The notes under the pieces: model-generated
The model's database searches: none
What the model was told of the DNA's origin: nothing
What the model saw: only the letters and a program-made list of their open reading frames with translations
Virus record (IMG/VR): IMGVR_UViG_3300032018_000006
Span: 1-57,020 of that record
Reading direction: 5' to 3' (one strand)
From: a virus
Taxonomy: Duplodnaviria; Caudoviricetes
Length of the DNA: 57,020 nt
Translations under genes and position numbers: made by a program
Part shown: positions 19,465-28,908 of the stretch, piece by piece
Position numbering within the stretch: position 1 is the first letter of the stretch
How the letters are laid out: every line of letters begins with the position of its first letter

Positions 19465-19773
19465 TTATGTAGTTAAAATAATTTGATTTTTTTCCCTGCA
19501 ATAGTTCGAAAACGAATCTAAAAGCCCATTTTCGAGAATAAAGAAGTATGCCTGATTTTTTGCATCCATCTCAATAAATGCAAAATCAATCAATTCGTTT
19601 TGAGTTTTGGATTTAAGCTTACTGATTAAGCCATTTCTGGCCTTATCGTGGTTTTTGCGGATAAAGTCAACCGGATTGTCTTGAATAAAACCTGTGGAAC
19701 GATGCTCAATTATCGGAACGGCAACCGCAGTGTCGTGGTTTTGCCTGAAGCCTATTGGATTTCTTTGGATCAT
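19465..19773 (-). CDS. Hypothetical protein upstream of the RAMP-like gene
   Basis: ORF track; internal repeat NPIGFRQNHD / NPVDFIRKNHD. Confidence 0.6.
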   Translation of the reverse strand: MIQRNPIGFRQNHDTAVAVPIIEHRSTGFIQDNPVDFIRKNHDKARNGLISKLKSKTQNELIDFAFIEMDAKNQAYFFILENGLLDSFSNYCREKNQIILTT

Positions 19774-19952
19774 GATTGGCCTCCTTCCTGAATAGTGGTT
19801 GCTAACTCACGCTTCTGGTCGCGAAGCGCAATAAGTTTTTAAAGGGTAATGCCACGAGCTTCAAGCTCTTCGCAATGCTGGCGGATTTTCTGCATTACGA
19901 TTTCGTAGGTAGATACCCTACGGCTTTTCTTTGTCTCTTTTGTGTCAGTCAT
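19770..19952 (-). pseudogene. 60-codon ORF interrupted by an in-frame TAA
   Basis: MTDTKETKK...GITL*KLIALRDQ...EGGQS*; stop at 19839-19841; final TGA overlaps the next ATG. Confidence 0.55.
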
Positions 19953-19983
19953 AACATAAAGATTAAAATTAATAAAATAAAAG

Positions 19984-20130
19984 AACCCAAGGTGTGACTG
20001 ACAATTACAACGCGGGGCGTTGGAACTCGGATACCCTTTCGGAATATCACCACCTTGGGCTTTATCTCTAAAATTTGAATTCTTGGGATTTGCCCCCGTA
20101 TGTTATAATTATCAGTCGGAGGCAAATATA
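19984..20130 (-). promoter_or_regulatory. Promoter plus structured leader (C4-like) for the RAMP/array operon
   Basis: TATATTTG at 20123-20130; crossing stems 19996-20017/20094-20117 and 19985-19994/20051-20060; GAAA hairpin at 20030-20048. Confidence 0.55.
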
Positions 20131-20154
20131 AATATTGTTTTTTGATTTGCAACA

Positions 20155-20715
20155 TTACAATAAAGATTTATTGAATATTTTCGATTTTATCAACTGGATT
20201 ACCTTACTGTAAGTCTCGTATAATTCTTTTCTTGACTCAGGACCTTCCCATTCAGAAAACGGTAAATCGCAAAAGAATCTATGCTCGAACACTCGCTTTG
20301 CCTTATCTGACAAATTGAGTGTTTCAAACGCCAGCCGAACCTGCTCAAACTGTTTGAGTATTATGGCCGGTGTGTCAACTTCCGAATCTGTAACGTCCTC
20401 AATATTGAGCCTGCGGATGTCAATGTTTGCTGATGGCATTGGCCTGTATTTTCTTTGGTATGGAGATGTCACTGAGTAAACATTCAGCTTGATCATTCGC
20501 AATACATAGAAATCGAGCTCTGTGTACTGACATTTTTTAGAATTCATAAGATTGATCAGCTTACAATCATCTTTCTGGAGCAAAGCGACTATTACCTCAT
20601 TCAGAACATCAATTGATTCGTCAGCAATTCCAGCCTGAGTACAGTGATAATTAGAATAATCGAGCCATCTTCCGTAGCGTTTCTCAATGTAGTTGTTGAT
20701 TTCTGGTATGGCCAT
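20155..20715 (-). CDS. Sigma-70/ECF-like transcription factor (putative late regulator)
   Basis: Region-2-like DVLNEVIVALL and region-4-like LNLSDKAKRVFEHRF; lies between replication and packaging genes. Confidence 0.6.
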   Translation of the reverse strand: MAIPEINNYIEKRYGRWLDYSNYHCTQAGIADESIDVLNEVIVALLQKDDCKLINLMNSKKCQYTELDFYVLRMIKLNVYSVTSPYQRKYRPMPSANIDIRRLNIEDVTDSEVDTPAIILKQFEQVRLAFETLNLSDKAKRVFEHRFFCDLPFSEWEGPESRKELYETYSKVIQLIKSKIFNKSLL

Positions 20716-20793
20716 TTCGTTTAGTTTTTTATCTTTGTTTTGCGAATAATAAAAAACCAGAGAGGCGGCACCTGATTAGGGCTGCTTTTTTGT

Positions 20794-22206
20794 TTAAAAC
20801 GGCTCATCCTTTTCGTAAAAATCAGCGTTTGCCCGTATTGATGAAAAAGTGTCAAAATCTGTGGGTTCAGAATCTGCAAATATTGTTTTTTCATCATTGG
20901 CCCAAAAGCTCACATATCCAACTTTTCCACGACGGTTTTTGCCGGTCTTCAATTTAAGTCCGTCATGATCGTAAAGGAACAATACCACATCAGCATCCTG
21001 CTCAACAGCTCCAGATTCGCGAATATCCGAAAGGTTTGGTTCTTTGTTTGTCCGCTTCTCCACCTCCCTGTTAAGCTGAGAAAGGCAAATTATCGGCACA
21101 TTTACCTCCAAGGCTGTTTGTTTCAATGTCCGGCTTATTTCAGCGATTTGCTGCTCCCTGATGGCCTTCCTGTCTGTTGGCTTTACCAATTGCAAATAAT
21201 CAATAACCACCAGATCACAGCGGCCAGCCCTGTTGTTTCGTATGGTATTTGCCCGGATCTGGCTAACTGTTGTTCCGGGATAATCATTCCAGATGATCGG
21301 CAATTTTTCAAGCGTGCTCACTCCTTTGTGCAAATTTTGCCAATCGTCAGCGATGAGTTTACCATCACGCAAATCAGATCTTGAAATTCCTGATGTTCCC
21401 GAAAGAAGTATCCGGAAGAAATCAGCATTTTTCATTTCCAAACCGTAGAAGTTGACCCATTTGCCAGACAATGCCGCTGTTTTTGCCAGATGGAGAGCAA
21501 AAGATGATTTACCGACAGATGGACGTGCTGCAAGTATGATTAGATTTCCGTTTCTCCAACCTCCAAGCGAGCGGTTCAGATCAGAAAGTCCGGTTGAAAT
21601 ACCGGGAGTGATTCCTGCTTCAGTAGCCTTGCAATCCAACTCGATCTCTTTCATGGCTTCGCGTGCTACAACTGGTGATGTCTGACCTGAATTTGAACAA
21701 AGTATCAGGTTATCAACATCGTTCAATTTTGTTCTGGCGTTGTTGATCAAATCATCAATATCAGTGCTTTCATCGTAGCTTTCTGTTTGAATCTCTGTTG
21801 ATATCCTGATCAGCTCACGTTGAATAAACTTCTGGGCAATGATTTTAGCATGAAACTCAATGTGTGCCGCAGAAGCTACTTTCGAAGTAAGTTGGGTAAC
21901 ATACATCGGACCGCCAATCGCTTCAAGTTTTCCAGAATCAATCAATGCCCTGGTAACGGTAAGCAAATCCACCGGCTTTCCTTCAATCGAAAGTTTTTTA
22001 ACCGTTTCGAAAACTGTCTGGTGTTCCTGCTTGTAAAAGCTGGCCGTATCAATCACATCCGAAATGCGGTGTAACGCATCTCTTTCAAGCATCAGCGCTC
22101 CAAGTACTGCTTCTTCAACATCAATTGCCTGTGGAGGAATCTTGCCGAATTGAGCATTTATTTCGTCAACTGTTTTACGTTGCTGGTTATTGCGTTGATC
22201 TACCAT
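20794..22206 (-). CDS. dnaB: Replicative DNA helicase
   Basis: PPQAIDVEEAVLGAL, AARPSVGKS, IDYLQL, SQLNR and SGAVEQDAD motifs. Confidence 0.97.
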   Translation of the reverse strand: MVDQRNNQQRKTVDEINAQFGKIPPQAIDVEEAVLGALMLERDALHRISDVIDTASFYKQEHQTVFETVKKLSIEGKPVDLLTVTRALIDSGKLEAIGGPMYVTQLTSKVASAAHIEFHAKIIAQKFIQRELIRISTEIQTESYDESTDIDDLINNARTKLNDVDNLILCSNSGQTSPVVAREAMKEIELDCKATEAGITPGISTGLSDLNRSLGGWRNGNLIILAARPSVGKSSFALHLAKTAALSGKWVNFYGLEMKNADFFRILLSGTSGISRSDLRDGKLIADDWQNLHKGVSTLEKLPIIWNDYPGTTVSQIRANTIRNNRAGRCDLVVIDYLQLVKPTDRKAIREQQIAEISRTLKQTALEVNVPIICLSQLNREVEKRTNKEPNLSDIRESGAVEQDADVVLFLYDHDGLKLKTGKNRRGKVGYVSFWANDEKTIFADSEPTDFDTFSSIRANADFYEKDEPF

Positions 22207-22547
22207 TTTTCCGGTCTTTTTGAGCGTTTGTAATTCTCACATTCTTCCCTGAAAACCTTCATCAAGCTAACGATGTTGAGCTTGTAAATTTCAGCATCTC
22301 CACTGGCAATCATGCGTATTGAACTGCTGTATGGCTCCAGTTCAAAGGTCATTTTGTTGGCAATGATCAACCTAACGATCATATTTACCATGATTTCCAA
22401 CTGCTTATCTGGCATCCCCATTGATAAACTTCCGTCTTCCAGCCTTCTGGGTTCATAACTGAAGCAAATGGACAGGTCGAATAACCATTGTGCCATTTTG
22501 ATTTTAAACTCGTTGATTTCTTCGGGTGTGTAATTTCTTTTTTCCAT
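22200..22547 (-). CDS. Hypothetical protein in the replication module
   Basis: ORF coupled between initiator and helicase. Confidence 0.6.
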   Translation of the reverse strand: MEKRNYTPEEINEFKIKMAQWLFDLSICFSYEPRRLEDGSLSMGMPDKQLEIMVNMIVRLIIANKMTFELEPYSSSIRMIASGDAEIYKLNIVSLMKVFREECENYKRSKRPEKW

Positions 22548-22553
22548 AATTTT

Positions 22554-23336
22554 TTATTTAAATAGTTGTTTTATAGACTCTTTCCTTTTTCTGTCATCTT
22601 CACTTAATGAAGTGGTTTGATTGGGCTTTGAACCAATGGCATCGCCTACATCATCCTCCCAGCGCCTGGCAGATAGCCAACCTTGTGCCATTTTGGGCGT
22701 TCTTCCTTTTGCAATCAACGCTGATCGTTGCTTCGCTTCAATTTCGGCAGCCAGATAAATTTGTTCGCAGATTTGCGGGTTCATATCAGGAATATCAATC
22801 CATGCATCGGCAGCTTCGGCTTTTCCTTTTGGATAATTGAACTTTTTCCAGAAAATCAAAAATGTTTCAAGTCGCTTACCGGATAGCTTCCGTTGCTTTT
22901 TGGTTAGATAAAACTCAACTTCAGGTTTTTCAACTTCAGCTTCATCGGTTTTCGATGAAGAAATATTTTCTTCTTTAATAACATTTACATTTACACTTAC
23001 ATTATCATTTACACTTACGGTTGAAAGTGTTGAGCTTTGTTGACATGTGTCAACATGTGTTGAATTTGTCGCATTTTGTTGCTTTTTTTCAGCACTTGCT
23101 ATACCTGCTTTTATCCTTTTTTCTCTTATTTCTTCATACTTTACAAGGTCACGTTTAAGTCCTTGTTTTATGGGTTCAAATGCAATCTCAATCAGTACAT
23201 TTTCAGTGACCGGATGCTCGTCATTCACATAGCTAAGTATATGCTTAAATAGCTCTCCTGCCTGTTCGTTTGAAAGTTTCTTTACCGTGTGAATCAAGTC
23301 CACGTAAAGCAAAAATGATTTTTTACCTTCTGCCAT
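22554..23336 (-). CDS. Phage replication initiator-like protein
   Basis: KKSFLLY...LSNEQAGELFKHI N-terminus, VSVNDNVSVNV linker, FW..YPK...WLSARRWED C-terminus. Confidence 0.75.
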   Translation of the reverse strand: MAEGKKSFLLYVDLIHTVKKLSNEQAGELFKHILSYVNDEHPVTENVLIEIAFEPIKQGLKRDLVKYEEIREKRIKAGIASAEKKQQNATNSTHVDTCQQSSTLSTVSVNDNVSVNVNVIKEENISSSKTDEAEVEKPEVEFYLTKKQRKLSGKRLETFLIFWKKFNYPKGKAEAADAWIDIPDMNPQICEQIYLAAEIEAKQRSALIAKGRTPKMAQGWLSARRWEDDVGDAIGSKPNQTTSLSEDDRKRKESIKQLFK

Positions 23337-23340
23337 GATT

Positions 23341-23658
23341 TTAGAATTTAAGTGGTTCAAGTTTTATCAAGGCATCTTCTGCTTTCTCCCTGAAAACCTT
23401 ATTTGTTTCCATCAGGTTATTGACCGTTTTTTTTGCGTGTAAGACGGTTGAATGATCACGGCCACCGTACATCATTCCAATATCAGCCAACGTTTCTTTC
23501 GTGTTCCGTTCACGCCACCACATGGCAAACTGACGGGCTTCAACCTCTTCTCTTTTTCGTTTCCGGTCTTCGGCTTTCATCCGTTCAACAGTCACACCAA
23601 ACGATTCTGAAACGATATCATCAATGCCCATAAGCCCAGGTCTTAAATATGCTTGCAT
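23341..23658 (-). CDS. Stand-alone DnaA C-terminal (domain IV) HTH protein
   Basis: ARQFAMW...LADIGMMYGGRDHSTVLHA signature. Confidence 0.85.
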   Translation of the reverse strand: MQAYLRPGLMGIDDIVSESFGVTVERMKAEDRKRKREEVEARQFAMWWRERNTKETLADIGMMYGGRDHSTVLHAKKTVNNLMETNKVFREKAEDALIKLEPLKF

Positions 23659-23660
23659 GG

Positions 23661-24422
23661 TCAGATTTTAATTTGGTTAACGTTCATCGTTTGAAGATTC
23701 AGGTAGGCTCCATGATAGTCGATCGATCCGGTACTGATCAGTTTCCAAATAAGAGCACTGCCCAGCTGGGCAAGAGTAGAGTTGACAAACAAATCCTGTT
23801 TGGTCAGGGCTTCGGCAAGCGAGCAGCTTGGACCGCTGTCTTCATCTTTTACCTGCGTAAGGTCAAATATATCCGCAATGGATTTCAATTCAGAAACTGT
23901 TTCAATGCCTTCAATTGTTGGTTGATCTACAGGCCTTACGGTACCAAGAACGATCTGTCCGGTATTCCTTGCATTGCCAAAGTCAAGCCAGTACATTTCT
24001 TCTGAATAATCATTGTATGACTGGTGAAGTCCATCCTTGAAATTATGGTGAAGGATTATTCGTGTATTAACGTTGTCAACGCATGAAACTGTGATGTTTG
24101 CCGGATTATCGTTATTGAACTTATCTGGTATTGCTTCCCATGAATTCAGGAAGAAACGGTTCAATCTGGTGACCAAAACAACCGCCTTATTTAAACCAAG
24201 GTCCGAAATACTGAATAACTGCCTTCCAATGTTGCTTTCAGTTACCGTATCCGGGTCATACGCTCGCACATGAAGTCCGGGATGTCCAAGTCCTTGCAAA
24301 GCATGATCAATGCGAGCCAGGCATGTTAATACCTGTGATCCGGTACCACCGATACCGATCAGGTTCACCGTAATCGGATGGGAGGGATCGAGCAGGTATT
24401 TATGGGTGTAGTGTCGTTTCAT
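23661..24422 (-). CDS. PRTRC system ThiF (E1-like) protein
   Basis: IGIGGTGS, DPDTVTESNIGRQLF, SCVDN, WLDFGN and PSCSLAEAL motifs. Confidence 0.92.
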   Translation of the reverse strand: MKRHYTHKYLLDPSHPITVNLIGIGGTGSQVLTCLARIDHALQGLGHPGLHVRAYDPDTVTESNIGRQLFSISDLGLNKAVVLVTRLNRFFLNSWEAIPDKFNNDNPANITVSCVDNVNTRIILHHNFKDGLHQSYNDYSEEMYWLDFGNARNTGQIVLGTVRPVDQPTIEGIETVSELKSIADIFDLTQVKDEDSGPSCSLAEALTKQDLFVNSTLAQLGSALIWKLISTGSIDYHGAYLNLQTMNVNQIKI

Positions 24423-25108
24423 TTGAGTAATGATTTTAGAGTTAGTTTTTTGATCGGTTTCAATTCCTTTAATGGAAATTCACATCCTGTTTCAATACAC
24501 ATCTTTGTCAGGCTGGCCAGATTACTTACCACAGGATTACTCCCGAGTAAATGATCAAATTTTGATTTCCAAAACTTATCTTCCCAGTACTTGATCACAT
24601 TGTCGTAGGTAAGTTCTTCAGGAAATTTCAGCTTGGCACTGCCAAGGCATACATCTGCGGAGTCATACACGTTGAAAAATGGAGCGTGAAACAGTTTTGT
24701 TGAAAGACTAAGCCGCTTACTCCGGACTGCATAAACAGAAAGCGTAGTGCCATTCACGACGTAAATTAAGCCAGGCGTTAACAATTCACCGTTTTCAATC
24801 CCGAGCTTGCTGGAAAAGAACATCCGGCGTTTCTCAGGTTTCCGGTACCACACATATTTTTCACGTCCTGAGCGACAATCAGCGTAAAGCATATATGAAG
24901 GAATTGTACCGTGGATGATTTTAGCAGAATCGAATGAAAGTACCTCCGATATCCCGGCCAGGCATTTTTCAGTTAAAGGTATTCCGGCTGTCATTTTACC
25001 GTTGATAATATCACGGCGTTCGAGATAACAGTCATTTCCGTTCTGATAGACAATTACTGCCATTGCTGGAGCCAGGCTGCTGGTTAAATGTTCAGTTAGT
25101 TGGTTCAT
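24419..25108 (-). CDS. PRTRC system protein B (prokaryotic E2-like)
   Basis: HAPFFNVY...VCLGSA...WEDKFW motif; adjacent to ThiF; start taken as ATG 25108. Confidence 0.85.
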   Translation of the reverse strand: MNQLTEHLTSSLAPAMAVIVYQNGNDCYLERRDIINGKMTAGIPLTEKCLAGISEVLSFDSAKIIHGTIPSYMLYADCRSGREKYVWYRKPEKRRMFFSSKLGIENGELLTPGLIYVVNGTTLSVYAVRSKRLSLSTKLFHAPFFNVYDSADVCLGSAKLKFPEELTYDNVIKYWEDKFWKSKFDHLLGSNPVVSNLASLTKMCIETGCEFPLKELKPIKKLTLKSLLK

Positions 25109-26246
25109 AGGATTCAATTTTTTCGTACAGTTTACAAAACCAATTGTAAAATTTAACAGGGTAATCAGAAGGCTGCAATGGATCTTTTGTATTCGGAGAC
25201 AATAACAGAAACTCGCTTGGCCTGTCAGCTCCAAATTCAGCCAAATCATTATTTATTGATTCCTGAAGCAGCTCTCCAAACCAGTCAGAATCATCCCAAA
25301 GTATGGCTAATGTTCGTTCAAATTCAACAGTTTCTCCGTTGTAAGGATCATCGTTTAGATTATCCTTTTCGCACGGATAGCCGAAATTTGCCAAACAACC
25401 AGAATTAAGGATTGGAATTCCTTCGATCATGATGTCAATCAATTCAAGATCAATTTCTGAAAGCGCTGGCCTAATTTCAAGGCATTTGTTCAGGATGGTT
25501 TCTGCATCGGTCTCAATATCATTGATGGCATCAAACATCGCAGGGATTTCACCCTCAGTGTACATTTCGTAATCAAGCCTATTCTCTTCATCATGTTCCT
25601 CTTCCCACATTTCAAGTTCATTCGGGATATATCCGTCAATGATGTAGTCTATATCCTGATGATCTCCAGGACCAAGTATTCCCTGCGATTGTGAGAAGTA
25701 CTTGATGAATTCAAGAAAGGTATCGGCCATAGGCTTTGCCATTCGCTGAATATTCTTGATGGGAAGAAAAATAAACTGATCAGGAAACCCGGGCTGCTCT
25801 CCATAAACTACGAAAAACAAACATCCGGTTTCAGTATTGCAGTCAATGTTCAGATGATGATCTTTTGGCAAAGCAGCATCCAGTTCGTTATAGATCAAAA
25901 TGATGTTCAAATAGCTGTCAGACTCTGCGTTGAATATTAATTGCAGGTCAAACTTTTTGCCTATCAATTCACAATAGTTTTTGGCAGAGTCGTATAAAAA
26001 CATCACACTGAAGCCGGCATCAATATCATGCCGTTCAAACAGATCCTTACGGTCCTTAATTTCACTCTCCGGAAGAATATTCAAAAACTGGGTGTTCAGA
26101 ATATCGGGTCCAAGGTTGAAGCCGGAGGAGAGCGCCGTTTTTGACGCTCCTTTACTCCGGTTGTTATGCTTGAATTCTGTTTTTCCCTGAGCAATACTTT
26201 TCCCAGCTGCATTTGAAATTCTTCGTTGCTTCGTTTCGGTTTGCAT
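25092..26246 (-). CDS. Acidic PRTRC-cluster protein (protein F position)
   Basis: Position between proteins C and B. Confidence 0.55.
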   Translation of the reverse strand: MQTETKQRRISNAAGKSIAQGKTEFKHNNRSKGASKTALSSGFNLGPDILNTQFLNILPESEIKDRKDLFERHDIDAGFSVMFLYDSAKNYCELIGKKFDLQLIFNAESDSYLNIILIYNELDAALPKDHHLNIDCNTETGCLFFVVYGEQPGFPDQFIFLPIKNIQRMAKPMADTFLEFIKYFSQSQGILGPGDHQDIDYIIDGYIPNELEMWEEEHDEENRLDYEMYTEGEIPAMFDAINDIETDAETILNKCLEIRPALSEIDLELIDIMIEGIPILNSGCLANFGYPCEKDNLNDDPYNGETVEFERTLAILWDDSDWFGELLQESINNDLAEFGADRPSEFLLLSPNTKDPLQPSDYPVKFYNWFCKLYEKIESYEPTN

Positions 26247-26253
26247 GGTTTCA

Positions 26254-26463
26254 TCAGCCTTTGGTTCCTACCGTTGTTTTGAATTCATACACAGCCGTAT
26301 CTCCCTCTATTTTGGGTCCTTGTACAGTCGATGTGGTTAACTCTGGGTAAGTGTTCGAGTAGAAGCTCATCACATCATCAGGTGTCATGCTTAAATCCGG
26401 ATCGGATAATTCGGTTTTACCGTTCTTGAAAACCCGTTTTAGTGTCTTAATGTCAAGTGCCAT
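26254..26463 (-). CDS. PRTRC system protein C (ubiquitin-like)
   Basis: LSDPD...YPELT...GP motif and C-terminal VGTKG. Confidence 0.9.
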   Translation of the reverse strand: MALDIKTLKRVFKNGKTELSDPDLSMTPDDVMSFYSNTYPELTTSTVQGPKIEGDTAVYEFKTTVGTKG

Positions 26464-26945
26464 TATTCGTCCTCCCCTTCAGTTTCGTTTTCTTCAAAAT
26501 CAACATCGGTGATATCATCAGAGGTGTCCACATTATTTTCCAAGGTGTCCACATTGTCAAGGTTATCAAACAGGCTGTTCTGATTAACTTCCGGCTTTTT
26601 CACAACAGGAGCTTCTTTCTTCTCTGCTGGTTTTTTTGCCTTTTCAGCTTTTGCAGCCTTGCTATTTGCTTCAGCTTCATTTGCGGCTTTTTCATACTCG
26701 GTCATATTTATCAGCAATCCGGTTGCCTGTTTTATCTGGGTCGAAATGGCTTCAATAAATCCTTCATTAAGTTCGTCGGTTGTACCAGTCACCACTAAAG
26801 GCGCAAGTCGGTTCTGGGCTTCATCTTTCAAACTGTTCGATTTTGGAATCACGCTTACGATGAGCCTGTTTCCACTTCTTCTAACTGTGATGTTCAGGTC
26901 AACGCCTTCCGGGATGAGTCCTGAGATTTGACTGAAAAAATTCAT
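26463..26945 (-). CDS. PRTRC system protein E
   Basis: LIVSVIPK...PLVVTGTTDELNEGF motif, acidic tail. Confidence 0.85.
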   Translation of the reverse strand: MNFFSQISGLIPEGVDLNITVRRSGNRLIVSVIPKSNSLKDEAQNRLAPLVVTGTTDELNEGFIEAISTQIKQATGLLINMTEYEKAANEAEANSKAAKAEKAKKPAEKKEAPVVKKPEVNQNSLFDNLDNVDTLENNVDTSDDITDVDFEENETEGEDE

Positions 26946-26963
26946 GTGATTTGATTTTATTGG

Positions 26964-28100
26964 TTAAACATTGATTGTTAAAGGCATAATCAGGACGGTT
27001 AGTCCTAAGTTGACGTCATCCGGAGTAATCAGGCAAGCCCTTGTCGGGTCGCTAAAGCTCATCCGCACATCTTCTGTGGTGATCGTTTCGAGGCATTTCA
27101 TAAGTGAGTTGGTTGCGAATCCAATAACTAAATCAGAGCCCTTGAATTCTGCCGCTACGTTCTCATCTGCAAACTGATTGTCGTCAGAATCAAGATTGAT
27201 CATGTTCAGTTTTGAATTACTTGCGTGAAGCCTAACTGGAGATGATGGAGAAGAAGCAAATACGGATGTTCTGCGAAGTGCAGCAGTTACGTCACCTGTA
27301 TTCGCGATGAGAAGTTTATCATTGTTCTTTGGAACGATTGAACGATAATTAGGATATTTTCCTTCAATCAGTCGGTAAACGATCTTTATATCTCCAAAAT
27401 TTACCGTTACATTCTTCTCACCGATTTCAAGTTCAATATCCGTTTCCTTGACAATCAAATCAATTAAGATCTTGGCAAGCTTTGAAGGGATTACAAGTTC
27501 ATAATCGTTAAATTCCAATCCTTCAGGACAAATGTCAAGCATTGCCATTATCGCGCTATTACTTGCACAGAATGAAATGTTGCCACTAACCGACTTAACG
27601 TAAATACCAGTCATTATTGGCCTCAAATCATCGGTAGCAACGAACTGGTAAACCGATTTGATCCCATGGAGAAAGTGCTCGCTTTTCATTTTAACCAATG
27701 AAGATACCATACTGGCGTTTTTCACCACCGAAAATACTTCGCTGCCGGTTGTCTGGATTTTATATTTTCCTGACTGATGCAGGACTGATGTGGAGTACAC
27801 GGCACCATTTTTTTCAAACAGTAGCGTGATAGGTTGCTCCGGCAATTCACGAAGACCGTCCATGGTTGTTTTGGAATCTACCAGAAAGCTCCATTTTTCT
27901 TCAGGTTCTGAAAACCTACAATCCACCGTTGCCATGATATTTCCCGCTTCATCGGCACCGGTTACGTCGAACGACGTGAGAATTTCAAACAGGAAATTTC
28001 CGTGTGCAGGAAGAACCTTGTTCGAAGAATTGATTACTCTCGATACTGCTTTTAGCTTATTTTGCAGTTCGCTTTTTGATAATTGAATTTCTAACTTCAT
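26964..28100 (-). CDS. dnaN: DNA polymerase III beta sliding clamp
   Basis: 378 aa; DDLRPIMTG, RLIEGKYPNY and LIMP motifs. Confidence 0.92.
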   Translation of the reverse strand: MKLEIQLSKSELQNKLKAVSRVINSSNKVLPAHGNFLFEILTSFDVTGADEAGNIMATVDCRFSEPEEKWSFLVDSKTTMDGLRELPEQPITLLFEKNGAVYSTSVLHQSGKYKIQTTGSEVFSVVKNASMVSSLVKMKSEHFLHGIKSVYQFVATDDLRPIMTGIYVKSVSGNISFCASNSAIMAMLDICPEGLEFNDYELVIPSKLAKILIDLIVKETDIELEIGEKNVTVNFGDIKIVYRLIEGKYPNYRSIVPKNNDKLLIANTGDVTAALRRTSVFASSPSSPVRLHASNSKLNMINLDSDDNQFADENVAAEFKGSDLVIGFATNSLMKCLETITTEDVRMSFSDPTRACLITPDDVNLGLTVLIMPLTINV

Positions 28101-28112
28101 AGTGATTTGATT

Positions 28113-28757
28113 TTAAAATAATTGTAACTGATTTGATTTATTTTCGGCAGGAATTGCCGTAGGAGGTATTGGATCTGGAGTATCCTTGTATTTTTTGTTT
28201 TTGATGATCAGTTCAGCAAATTTTCCGCTGATTTTGAATTTCTCAGAAATTTCCCGATAGGTTGATCCAGCGAGCCTCATTTGTTTGATCTCAAAAATAT
28301 CTTCCGGAGAGAGTCTTCTTTTTCTCAATCCGTTCTTGATTGCAGCAGCTTTATGTTTTTGCGTGATTTTATTCAATCCATGTTTGAACGCATGGATCTG
28401 GTTTTCGGAGTTATCATTCCATTCCAATTCCCATTCGTAATTGATGGATTTATCTCCTGTTTTATGATTTGCCTGTGGTTTGTTCTCAGGATTTGGGATA
28501 AAGGCAATGGCAACCAGTCTGTGAACTGGAAGAGTCTTTTTAATGCCATCCTTGGATAAGTAAACTTGACAATAACCTTTCGTACTATATCCAATTTTTA
28601 AAATTTTCCCGGATTCAGACTTTGTAGAATTTCTGAATTTTATGATTCTTGGTAAAGATTTTACTCTTCCAAAATTGCTTACTTGATAAAGACCTTCAAA
28701 ACCTTCAATATCCTTCCAAATTTCGTTCTGGTAATTTTTATTTTCGGTTAATTGCAT
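28113..28757 (-). CDS. NUMOD4-HNH homing endonuclease-like protein
   Basis: EIWKDIEGFEGLYQVSNFGRVKS and VHRLVAIAFIPNP. Confidence 0.9.
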   Translation of the reverse strand: MQLTENKNYQNEIWKDIEGFEGLYQVSNFGRVKSLPRIIKFRNSTKSESGKILKIGYSTKGYCQVYLSKDGIKKTLPVHRLVAIAFIPNPENKPQANHKTGDKSINYEWELEWNDNSENQIHAFKHGLNKITQKHKAAAIKNGLRKRRLSPEDIFEIKQMRLAGSTYREISEKFKISGKFAELIIKNKKYKDTPDPIPPTAIPAENKSNQLQLF

Positions 28758-28908
28758 AGCGTCTTGTTTTTTTGACGCCCTGCGAAAAATTGGTGGGTGT
28801 TATTGGGAAAGAATGATGAGCATTCTATAAACAAGAAAAGCTGGACTCAAACTTTCGTTCAAATCCGGCTCGCTTATCTCTGCTGCAAACATGGGGACTA
28901 TTTTCGAA

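Noticed and set aside
19949-20155. 68-aa ORF downstream of the sigma-like gene
   Set aside because: It starts at TTG and runs through a promoter box and structured leader; regulatory RNA fits better, though a leader peptide is not excluded.
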